From: Euprymna scolopes
Taxonomy: Eukaryota
Assembly: GCA_053919585.1 (NCBI GenBank)
Contig: CM132790.1
Strand: one strand, 5' to 3'
Length of the DNA: 64,000 bases
In this document: one piece after another, positions 53,380 through 64,000 of the stretch
Position numbering within the stretch: position 1 is the stretch's first letter
How the letters are laid out: each line of letters begins with the position of its first letter
The notes under the pieces: model-generated
Seen by the model: the letters and a program-made list of their open reading frames with translations, nothing else
Told to the model about the DNA's origin: nothing
Database searches by the model: none
Program-made: the position numbers and the translations under genes

Positions 53380-54150
53380 AATATCACTACAGATCGGAAG
53401 TCCTCCTCTAGTGATTCTGCCATTTCTTTAGATATGTGTTCATTTGTTTTCCTGTCGTGTCTGTTATTGGGTGTGGTGTCGTCAGCATATATATCCATCT
53501 CACAGGCAATTTTGTCAGGGAGGTTATTTGTGAATATTAGAAATAACAGAGGTCCAAGGATAGACCCCTGAGCCACTCCCGCATTTATATCACATTCTTT
53601 AGATGTACGATCGTCGAGGACAACCTGGATTTTTCTCTTCTCTAAGAAGGATTTAATTATATCTTCTTTTCGTGATACCATATGATCTTATTTTCATGAG
53701 AAGACCTTCGTGTCATACCCTGTCAAAAGCCTTGGATATATCAAGAGCTACTGACCTAGCCTCCCCTGATTTGTCCAGTGACTGCTATATAAGTTCTAAA
53801 ATTACAGTTAGGATGTCTGCTGTTGAACGGGCTTGTCTAAATCCATATTGTTGGTCAGTCAGAAGTTTAGCATCTGTAATGTGATGGACTAGAGCTTGGT
53901 TAATTATTGTCTCAAATATTTTGGCGAAAAGTGGGAGGAGGCTAATGGGCGATAGTGGGTCAGTTCTTTCACCAGAATTCGTGAACACTGGTACTACAGA
54001 AGCAGTTTTCCAGCAGGCAGGAAAGTAAGATTCATTAAGGCATTTGCTGTAAAGTTTGGAGAGAACTGGAGCTATTTCGGCTGAGCACTTTCTTAACAGC
54101 ACAGCCGGGATAAGATCAGGTCCACATGCTTTCGCAGTGTCAAAGGTTTC
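53380..54150 (-). mobile_element. CR1-group (Zenon-like) LINE RT fragment
   Basis: Motifs KACGPDLIP, CWKTASVVPVF, QQYGFRQARSTADIL, ALDISKAFDRV, GVAQGSILGPLLFLIF and IYADDTT. Confidence 0.92.
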
Positions 54151-54179
54151 TTATGATAGCATGCATGTCGGGAATTACA

Positions 54180-54214
<35 letters not shown>

Positions 54215-56492
54215 TAGATAGATATATAGATAGATATTAATATATATATATATATATTTAAATACATATTCGCATAACGTGTATGGTGAATGGACATCAT
54301 TTATTTAGAAATATCTTTAATAGCTTAATTACTTATTTTTCTATCTTAACTATGCGTCCGACTTCTTGGTGGATGTTTAAGTGCCAATGCACACTTTTTC
54401 TCACCGGGTTTGACACCTGCAATAAAACTGAGCATTTATATTTCATATTGGAATTCTATGCGACAACATATTATATATTATGTGAGAAATACGATGGCAT
54501 ACAAGGAGATTCTATTGCAGATATGTAAATAAAATAAGACAGATTTGATGGAGAAAAACATACTTAAATACAGGATACGAATCGGTGTCTTCTAAAGATG
54601 GACCAGTAAATTCTAACGATATTTGTGACCGCGTAAGTATGAAGATGTACGTCTAGACTAGAGTATATTTCTACACGTAACTGCCACACGAAACATTGAT
54701 AACATCTTTGTTTACGTTATCGAAATCGCGTCTGGACAGGAAGCTGTTATACAACTTATATTGGAAACCTTCACCCACAGTATATTATTTAACACGCTTA
54801 TGTTCGTTCATAACTACGCATTGTAAATAACATAATGAAATAAACAGGAGTCACATGATTCAAGGTTTTCGGGGGCTCGTTTTTTATTTCGCGCTTAATA
54901 TGTTTTCATCCTTATGATATAATTATGTTAATAGATATACATATGCCAATATAAAAGTAGTGTCATACATTATGTGTTACTGATAATAAAATATGTATTT
55001 CTAAATTCTAAATATTTAAACACATTTAATTACGCTAAATAAATAAATTCTTGTTTGAATTTTGCTGATACAAATTAATTTATGCGTTTCTTGTTTACAA
55101 AACAGAATACGTAATAAAATATTTACAATTCAAATGACTTGTTCATATGAGATATTTTTTTATTAGCTTTCATCTAATCAGATCTAATTAATTTATCTTT
55201 CGTTTATAATGAGTCTATCAAACACCCGACGCGCTAGTTATCAGCCAAAGGACGATATCATTTTACACAACGCTTGCATTAATTTAAATTTTTAAAGATT
55301 ATGCTAAATACATATTTATGAAGTCTTTATTAAAGTTCATGTTTAAATTATTGAGTCCATGATGACGGAATGTTTGACAGAAATGATTAAACGATTATTC
55401 GTATAAGGCTGCCAATGATATGTATAAAGACAGCATGTATGTATATGAATTCATTTAATTTCTAGGTTCTGGTCGGAAACTCTAAGAAAAAAAGGATGCG
55501 TTTGCTTTGCATACGCTAACCTATACATGAAGGTTTACTATTTCATTACATGGAAAAAGGGGGCTAAGATAATTATAGGCATATTACCTGGTGAGTCACG
55601 GGAAACGGATATTTTTAAGTTAAACAAAACTCTGGGAAAAATCAACAAAAATTTTATAATTTATGTAAATATTACCTTCCTCACTTTCTAACTCATAACC
55701 AAGGATAGCAAGGAGCGTTCTAAAAAACATTCGTTTCCTATGACCCACCCAGTATAACAATAAGGGACAGTAAATGAAACAATATTTGTTTTAAAATGGG
55801 GATATTTTCGCAATGTAAAGAAAGAAACATTTTTGTTAAATCCAAAATTCAGTACATGAAGTTAATACGTTGGAAGTTGACACAGTTTAGCTAAAATATG
55901 GAACATAACTGAAACTATTTAACATAAATCGGAATAAAACAATGTATTAATAATGTATTCCCCCCAAAATTAACATTTAATTCCGACATTCAGTTCTATC
56001 ATAAAACAATAAAATAACTTCAATTTCCATTTCTGGAGGCTAGGACGCTTCAGAAGAACATCAAGCAATAATATTGTTTTAAACATGGGAAAATACCACA
56101 GAAACGTACGAGATGCTTCAAACTGCTTTTAGATAACTTTGCATTAATCATGCATCATATTTTGTGCGGGACAGAGAATTCAAAGAAGGTACTCTTTGGG
56201 TGATGATGATTTTGTGCGGAATTCTTATTAGATTAAAAGTTCCGCTTTCAAAAATAAGCGTTGTTGCCTGGGGAGGTCGCCAGTTACTAAATAATTAAAG
56301 ACCGGAACATGTTCATGAATGTGTAGCAACAAATTGCTGCTTATGTAAAAAACAAATTGAAAACGTAACTTGCTGTTCTTCCGTATTGAGACTCTTGTAT
56401 TTACCAGGTGATATTTCACTGGTTACCCTACTGTTGAAAAATAGCAACCTCAAATTATATATATATACACACATGTATATGAACACACACAT

Positions 56493-56541
<49 letters not shown>

Positions 56542-56902
56542 TATTATTCAGGAATCAGATACGTCATTTCCACAGACTGTATCAAAATATATAAATTCTG
56601 GAAGGGCATTTACTTAATGCTATTACAGCATAGTGCATTTGCAAATAATTATTTTATCAAAATATTACACGGATTTAATTGCAAAATTTACTATTTACTA
56701 AAATATTAAATTTCCGCATTAGATAAAATCATACTAGTAATTTCCTATAATACACACGCTTCTGATATTAAAACCCTGTACCGTTCAATATATTCTGGCA
56801 AACCATTGTTTGCCGTAGTATTTTGCTCAAGTATAAACACTTAGTATATTAAAGTTTGGATATGGTGTTAATATTGCAAATGTTAATCATAAGTGTACGT
56901 AC

Positions 56903-56970
<68 letters not shown>

Positions 56971-56974
<4 letters not shown>

Positions 56975-57176
56975 TTCGCCCTTTGGAAGGTCTTGTTTTT
57001 AATCCTTCAGGGAGACTAGCCGCCCTTCTCACCAAACAAGTCTGGTGGGGGAACCAGTTTAGTCGCCGGTGACCCGACCATGAGGCAGGTAGTACTGGGT
57101 TACATGGTAGCACATGACATGACCTTACACATAGGCGAATGAACTCTTTTTCTGGGTCAACGGCCAACTAGCACCG
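56971..57176. mobile_element. Short GC-rich structured element between (TA)n and (TG)n tracts (SINE-like, possibly RTE-UTR-derived)
   Basis: Internal inverted repeats tcattcgcc/ggcgaatga, gaagg/ccttc and caccaaac/gtctggtg; sharp boundaries with microsatellites. Confidence 0.45.
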
Positions 57177-57204
57177 TGTATATTTGTGTGTGTGTATATG
57201 TGTA

Positions 57205-57518
57205 TTGGGATGGAGAGGGCTCCCGTAAGCCGTGGTGAAGGCAACCTTTCTAGGAGAAGCAAATCTCTGATTTAAAAAAAAAACATAAAGCGGAAGATCA
57301 GTACCCGCATTAAGCTGGTCTGCAGTTTAATTTGTTGCTGGCTATCTTGCTCTTGCTTGTTGCTGGATCTCAACATTTTGAACCAAGAGAGAGACTTAGC
57401 TGTCGTACAAAGCTAAGACTCTGTAACATCATCTTTGTATAGATACTCCCTCAGGTATTTGGGCTCATGGATTTTAAATGTCTGAGGAAGTGGAACTCGT
57501 CTGACAAGACGTTGCAAT

Positions 57519-57522
<4 letters not shown>
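57205..57522 (+). mobile_element. RTE 5'-UTR-derived short element with hairpins and an (ATC)n-like end
   Basis: ggtgaaggcaacctttctaggagaagcaaatctctgattt resembles the motif I recall from RTE 5' UTRs. Hairpins gagacttagct/agctaagactc and cctcaggtattt/aaatgtctgagg. Ends atcatc before (TA)n. Confidence 0.5.
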
Positions 57523-57571
<49 letters not shown>

Positions 57572-59214
57572 ATTTTGCTTTAGTGGACAAATAGAAATAT
57601 AGAAATTCTTCAGGATCGAGTCACAAACGGTATGACAAATTAGAGAAAGGATATTGAAAATGAGATTTAGAAAGTTTGAGGCAGTAGTTAGAACAAAGAT
57701 TACCCGGGACGTTGATTGAGATAAACAGAAAATATTACGCCCTTAAGAATGAGAAATAAACTGCAAAATCGAATAAATACATTATTAACATAGAAATATA
57801 GACAGTATAGTTGATTGCAATATAAGTCGATTGAGACGACGAGGGAAGCACAAGGAGAAATAAAACGTGGAGTTCAGAGTTATAGATGAAGCTTAATATA
57901 CACGACTATATAAATGTCTCATTCAAACCACTAGAGGCACCTTCTTAACATAATTCTAACAACTTTGCATATACATATAATCCTATTGAACTATAATGCA
58001 TTTATTCCTAAAAAAATCCTTCTCTGAAAGCCGTATTCTCCCAAGCTAATGCATTCATCCTTTCCCATTCGAGGCATCTTATTCATTTCACCTTAACACT
58101 AGCGGAAATACTATGAATGCAAATATTTGCAAATAAGTTTGGGATTGTAATAATCGGATTAGCTTAGATATTACTAATTCATTTTTATATTTATCCATTT
58201 TTATATTTATCCATTTGCTGCATTAAACCTATGATTCATGTTAATTGTATATATTTTTAANNNNNNNNNNNNNNNNNNNNNNNNNNNNNNNNNNNNNNNN
58301 NNNNNNNNNNNNNNNNNNNNNNNNNNNNNNNNNNNNNNNNNNNNNNNNNNNNNNNNNNNNNNNNNNNNNNNNNNNNNNNNNNNNNNNNNNNNNNNNNNNN
58401 NNNNNNNNNNNNAACTTTTTTCTTACTTCAATCACTTCAGCTTTGATGTACCAATTTCAATATCGTCTACAAACAAAGTGGTGCTAATACCTAGCTTTCA
58501 TGAAATAAATGTAACACCATGATCGTACATCCATTCATTGTATTAAACAGAATATAGAATTGTCTTGCTGGAAAGTATTAAATAATCGCAATCATATTCA
58601 AAGAATACACCGAAGTATTTCTACTATATAACTGTTTCATATATTTATTATTATCAATAAAACATTAAGGTTATTTCCTCATAGAAACAACTTATTTTAC
58701 GGAGATCTAATTTAGTTTCACATTAGTCATGCTATTTTCATTAAACATTCAACATAATTTATTTTTATTAAGTGTCTCAACAATATGCAAACTTTCCATG
58801 AAATGATAATTGTCTTTTAAAACTCAATTACGAGTGATATCTGAACAGCCAATCTGTGCATCTCTCTCTTTCTAAAATGCACCGAGACACTGTTTAAATA
58901 ATGTGTATTAATCCTTTTAACAATATAAAATGAAATATATCGGTGAAAGATTGCTTTTCTTATTACAAAAAAATACCTAAGTTGTTTCTCTCCTTTATAT
59001 TTTAAAGATAAATCTGTTTTCATATGTTATCATATTGAAACAGAAAAAAATCATTACAGTATATTTTCCTTTCTGACAAGATAGCTGTACTCCAATATAT
59101 TCATACTTATATATATACATACATCTTTGTAGGCTAGGCAAATTACGAATGGTATGATAAGGGATATTCCCCTAAATATAACGGTAATTTAACAGTTTCC
59201 GAAGGCGGTAGAAT

Positions 59215-59790
59215 AATGGTGGGGTCATTCTAGCGTTCAAATTGATAAAATTCTCTACCTCTATAAGACCCAGCTACGTCCAGGGCCTGCTAGAAATAAA
59301 TTATCCTGCCTTGATAGAGTGCAAAATAGAATTTTTAGCCTAGTAGGTGGCGCTCTTTTCTGTTCCCTTCCAACGACTGTATCAGAGACTAGACGTTACG
59401 AGCCTGTCTGAGAGCCAATCTTTTGCCCCGCTTGCCCAGCTTCCACAAAAAAAAACACTCGTCTAGTTGAAAACACTGTCGATAATTTATCCAACTTTTC
59501 ATCTGTGCTTTAACCTAAACAAAGATTCCATGAACAAATCTTCTTTCTTACAACTGCACACATGTGAAACTATCTTCCATTTGCTTGCTGTCCTGATAAA
59601 TTAAATATGACCCTTTTCAAGCCCAACATAAAAATTTCTTCATGGGCCGTTTGTCTTAAATAATCCATTGTACCAAATTTCCGCAAATAATGATTACTAC
59701 GATATTTTCCCATTGACTACTATACACTCTTTAATCCTTATGCCCGAGTGGCTTCTGCGCTTTATAACTGATGACTCTTGTGTAAAAAAA
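59215..59790 (+). mobile_element. 3' end of a CR1/Zenon-like LINE with A-tail, related to 22145-22750
   Basis: LYLYKTQLRP/GPARNKLSCLDRVQNRIFSLVG and RFHEQIFFLTTAHM*NYLP. The 3' terminus cccgagtggcttctgcgctttataactgatgactcttgtgtaaaaaaa matches the reverse complement of 22145-22195. Confidence 0.8.
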
Positions 59791-60294
59791 GTCAAACATC
59801 ATGATTATTACTTGTAAAATACAAAAGTAAAAGACATAATTAAAGGGAATCTACACATTTTACAAGAAATATAAAACGTAGTGTTATAGTGAAAAACGAT
59901 GTTACAAAGAAATATTTTTTTACTATATATGTATCTATAAATGTCGAATTGTGAGCTATATAGCCTACATTTTATCTCTGCCCTGTAAGACCGAGAACGT
60001 GTTGATAGACGCATGAACAGTTCTCGTGGTTCACACCAACATCGACAGAAGGCATGCGATCTTTGAAGGAAACGTTGGAAACACCGGAGGAGTATATGTT
60101 TTGCATTTGATTGATCTTATTTTTCGAATCTATGGAAATACTATTTTGGTAAACGTGACTCAATGGATACGCCTAAAAGCAGACTAATCAAAGAGGCGTG
60201 ATATTGGTCTGTTACCTCCAGACAGACGGAGATGAATAAGCAAAATATTTTAAAACACGAACACACACACAGACATACATATACAAACACACAG

Positions 60295-60345
<51 letters not shown>

Positions 60346-60563
60346 CTTCATAAAAGATAAAATAAATCAGAAGATATATGAATATGTAGAAAGAATATAA
60401 GAATAGTTTAAACTCAATATTCAGCTCCATCATCTAGTATGATAAGATATATAAATGTCAACATAAACAGAAAGTGCCCACAAAGAGGGTCTTCATGGAA
60501 TATACATATACAATGTTGGAATGTAATAAATTAAATCATATGCAGTAAATGAAACCTACAAAC

Positions 60564-60634
<71 letters not shown>

Positions 60635-60846
60635 GTTAACCGTATTCTGAAACTAACACCTAATTAATTTACGGAGGTCATGAAGTGTTCTCAATAATTG
60701 TAGAGCAGGATATATATATTATTAAAAATATTTTCCAAAAATCTTCATGGACATGTTAATGTTTCGGACAAGTGGTCGGTTAAAACCAGATGTTCTCATC
60801 ATGCTCGTAAATAAATGTTTGCTTTGGACAAAAGAAACTACTTCTC

Positions 60847-60878
<32 letters not shown>

Positions 60879-60881
<3 letters not shown>

Positions 60882-61049
60882 TCTCTTCTTCTCTATTCTA
60901 TCTTTTATCTATCCTTCTTCTATCCTCTTCTATCTATTTTTCTACTTCTATCTATTCTTCTATTCTATCTATCTTCTATCTTTTTCAATCTATTCTATCT
61001 TCTTCTATCTATCTCTATCTATCTTCTTTTAATTTATCTTCTATCTTCT

Positions 61050-61050
<1 letters not shown>
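60879..61050. repeat. Degenerate (TCTA)/(TCT)n simple repeat between (TA)n tracts
   Basis: Direct inspection. Confidence 0.9.
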
Positions 61051-61087
<37 letters not shown>

Positions 61088-61758
61088 ATGAACTCATTTC
61101 TCCCCTGCGATTTTGACCTTAATAGGATTGAAAATCAAGACATCTCATGCAAATGTAATGTTCACGCACTGCAGAACTTTACCTTTGGTGTGTAATACGC
61201 CTATTACCTATTTACTTACTCGATAAACTTAGATCCATATTTTTTTTCTGCTGACAGTCCACGGCCAAATTCCGTTACAATCGATGGAAGTTGTAAAATA
61301 TTTTCCCTGTATTACATTCATACACCACCCACGCCAACATATCACCGGTTTGGATACGTCCACAAGGGGCACTACGAGGAAGCACCGGTTTGAGTTCGTA
61401 GTTGCTTTAAAATAACGGATTGACATTTTTCCGTCGGTGGAAACACAACATTCGATTGCATCAAATTCAATGTCTACTCATGCTATTTCTTCCTTTTCTT
61501 TTTTTATTTTTTATTTATATTGTGAGGGATTTAACGAACCGAGGGGTTACTGATTCCACCTTTTTTAAAACATTTATTTTCGTTTTTTTTCGTTTTTACT
61601 TTATATTTTTGTTTATTTTTTGCATTGGTAGGGAGGGGGGTTACGGATCGAAGGGCTCCTGATGTCGTCTTTTCCTTTTTTTTAATTTTTTTTTATCATA
61701 CATTCTTAGCCCGCGTTTAATTTTACCTTGCTTAATTTATTATCAGTCTATCAGAACG

Positions 61759-62193
61759 CTCTCTTACTGAAATCCGTTCTCCTCCGCCTTAAAAATACAG
61801 TTTTTACAGAGAAAATCGCGTTTATTACATAAATAAACAAACAAACGAATCCAACTACCATTGGATTCTCAACTGTATTTATGACATGCTCCTTTCTTTT
61901 TCGACATAGCCTCAACAATTGACACTCCCCAGCCAACATTCAGGTGAATACAGTGCAGTTCTCTTACAGAAATTCGTTCTCCGGCGCATACAACAGTTGA
62001 CACGGAAACAATCGCGTTTATTAAATACACAAAACCACGAAACGAACTTACATTGGCTTCCAGATTTTACATCTAACTCTATCCGTCTGCAACTATTAAT
62101 TGCGTATGAAACTGTATTTATGTCACGTTCATTCCTTTATCGACCTAGCCTCATCGATTAACGATTCCAAGCCAACATTCAGGTAAATACAGT
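61759..62193. repeat. Diverged tandem duplication (two ~200-235 bp units)
   Basis: Shared anchors ctcttac(t/a)gaaat(c/t)cgttctcc, aatcgcgtttatta, aactgtatttatg and agccaacattcaggt(g/a)aatacagt in 61759-61954 and 61959-62193. Confidence 0.85.
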
Positions 62194-62569
62194 TTTATAT
62201 GCAGCCGATTTCCAAGTATATGGACTTCTTCGTTTTCTTTGCTTTTTTCTTCTCCCGATTTACCGTGATTTCCATTCAAGCTTGGATCACGCAACACCGG
62301 CAATCAGCCACATTAAATGTAAATTGAGGAAGACGACATTGGATTTGGAAGAAAGCCACTCTGACAGCGATGCATACACATGTTTAATTAACAACAACAC
62401 ATAAAAACCCGATATACTTACACCTAACATTTATGTGGCTAAACAATCTATTATTACAGACAAAAAATTACTTTCTGTGGATAAATCTTTTGCAGAAAAA
62501 AACAAAAGACAAATTAATAAATGCATTAAATACTAGCATAAAATAAATATATTTTCATTTCATACGCTA

Positions 62570-62760
62570 TCTTTCTTTCTGTGTGTCTTTTTTCTTCTTC
62601 TTTTTCCTTTCTTCTTCTTTTTCTTTTCTTCTTTTTCTTTTCTTCTTTTTCTTCCTTTCTTCTTTTTTCTTCGTCTTTTTCTTCTTTTCTTTCCTTCCGT
62701 TTTCCTTCTTTTTCTTCTTTTTCCCTTTTTCCTTCTTTTTGTTCTTTTCTCTCTTTTTTT
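62570..62760. repeat. Polypyrimidine (CT/TTC-rich) low-complexity tract
   Basis: Direct inspection. Confidence 0.9.
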
Positions 62761-62824
62761 GGGGGGATGCTGCTTTTGTTATTTTTCGTCTTTTCTGTTC
62801 GTTTTTGGCCTATTGCACGTTTTT

Positions 62825-62914
62825 AAAAATCCCCCCTAGAAACAAACATCCTGCAAACATTTTTTTTATTATTCACACCTCTAAACGCAAGGGCAACACC
62901 GGGTACCCCCGCTA

Positions 62915-62915
<1 letters not shown>
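62825..62915 (+). mobile_element. Helitron-like 3' terminus
   Basis: gggcaacaccgggtacccccgCTAG followed by T; same motif as the ends at 26950-26974, 33004 and 33371. Confidence 0.65.
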
Positions 62916-62978
<63 letters not shown>

Positions 62979-63529
62979 GGTGACCCAAAAAACATGCTCC
63001 ATGTACACTTCATGTGATATCTTTATTTATTCACCGATTATATATATATATATATATATAGATATAGATAGAAAAAGTGGGGGGTAAGAGATAATAAGTG
63101 GGAGGGAGACGGGTATCGACAATATTTATGTTTTGAAGGTTAAAATAGATTGTAGTGTGTGTGTGGGGGGGTAGTAAAATAAGGTTAGCGTGGGTGAAGA
63201 TATATGAATATAGGGAGGGGGAGGCGGAGAGTGGATAGTGAAGAAAAAAGAAATGAGAATAAGGAGATGGAGAGGAGTTTCAATTTTTAGGTTTTAAAAT
63301 TTTGACAGCTTTTTGCTTGTTTAGCAAGGTATATGAAGTAGATGAGAGAGTGAGAGGGAAAGAGAGAGAGAACGAGAGGGAGAGAGAGAAAGTGCGTGTG
63401 TAAGTATCATATGTGTTTGACAAGTAAAATGTTCCATTTAGAATTTTCGCAGTCGCTATGAGTTGTTAATGACTTGTTCATTTCAGTTGGACAATGAGTC
63501 CTTCTTAGGTAGTTAAGGAATAATACATA

Positions 63530-63722
63530 CGCTAACGCACGCGCAAATTCGCATACATACATACACATGCATATGAGCAATTCTATACATCCATATACAT
63601 ACCCATACGCACATACACATACATATATAAACAATGTATATGCAGACATACATGCATCTATATGCAGACATACACACATACATATAACTCCTATACACAT
63701 ATACATATCCATATATAAAAAC

Positions 63723-63770
<48 letters not shown>

Positions 63771-63930
63771 TACGTGGAGATATAGATCTCCAGTAAAAAG
63801 TAGATGTGCATATACATACATCCATATATGCAGCATATGTACACACCTGTACACGTATATACAATTACATATATACACGTATATACAATTACATAAATAT
63901 ATATATATATATATTCATAAAAATATAAAA

Positions 63931-63975
<45 letters not shown>

Positions 63976-63990
63976 CATGTGTATATTCAT
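63530..63990. repeat. Degenerate (CATA)/(CA)/(TA) microsatellite field; pure (TA)n tracts also at ~320, 2477, 6676, 12674, 14315, 15108, 19030, 20627, 21414, 41968, 46122, 48177, 56500, 56908, 57523, 60565, 62916
   Basis: Direct inspection; these tracts explain the many YIYIYI/HTHTHT ORFs. Confidence 0.95.
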
Positions 63991-64000
63991 ACCAAGTAAG

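Noticed and set aside
58429-58452. aatcacttcagctttgatgta resembling miR-2; also tggacggaaatataagg near 18216 resembling miR-184
   Set aside because: Mismatches in or near the seed and no precursor hairpin evident.
260-63878. Numerous ORFs rich in YIYIYI, HTHT, CVCV, F/S or X
   Set aside because: They are translations of microsatellites, low-complexity tracts or N-gaps, with no protein-like content.
1-64000. CRISPR arrays, operons, intact tRNA/rRNA genes
   Set aside because: The DNA is eukaryotic and repeat-rich; no regularly spaced repeat-spacer array or intact structural RNA gene was seen.

Overview
This is AT-rich, repeat-dense animal DNA from a gapped draft assembly (four N-gaps). It carries many (TA)n, (CA)n and (TTA)n microsatellites; the texture suggests a marine invertebrate such as a cephalopod, but that is inference only. 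I cannot support any intact host protein-coding gene: most ORFs in the track are microsatellite or N read-throughs, or transposon fragments. The window is a graveyard of decayed mobile elements. DNA transposons: an intron-containing hAT-related transposase relic, a DD41D (rosa-type) mariner, a full-length Tc1/Tc3-like element with IR/DR-type TIRs, a mariner-type MITE, and several non-autonomous Helitron-like elements joined head-to-tail. Retroelements: three CR1/Zenon-like LINE pieces, RTE LINE pieces, a Gypsy element with a 5-bp TSD and an extra internal inverted PPT+LTR, a Gmr1-type Gypsy (integrase before RT), and a 5S-rRNA-derived SINE. The most notable non-coding signals are a near-canonical minimal hammerhead ribozyme (minus strand, 15565-15611) and a ~535-bp foldback palindrome that appears to be built from Penelope-like 3' ends. 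Weaker signals are two structured RTE-like short elements and a possible decayed dUTPase fragment inside a Helitron-like element. All family assignments come from motifs recognised by eye, not from database searches.
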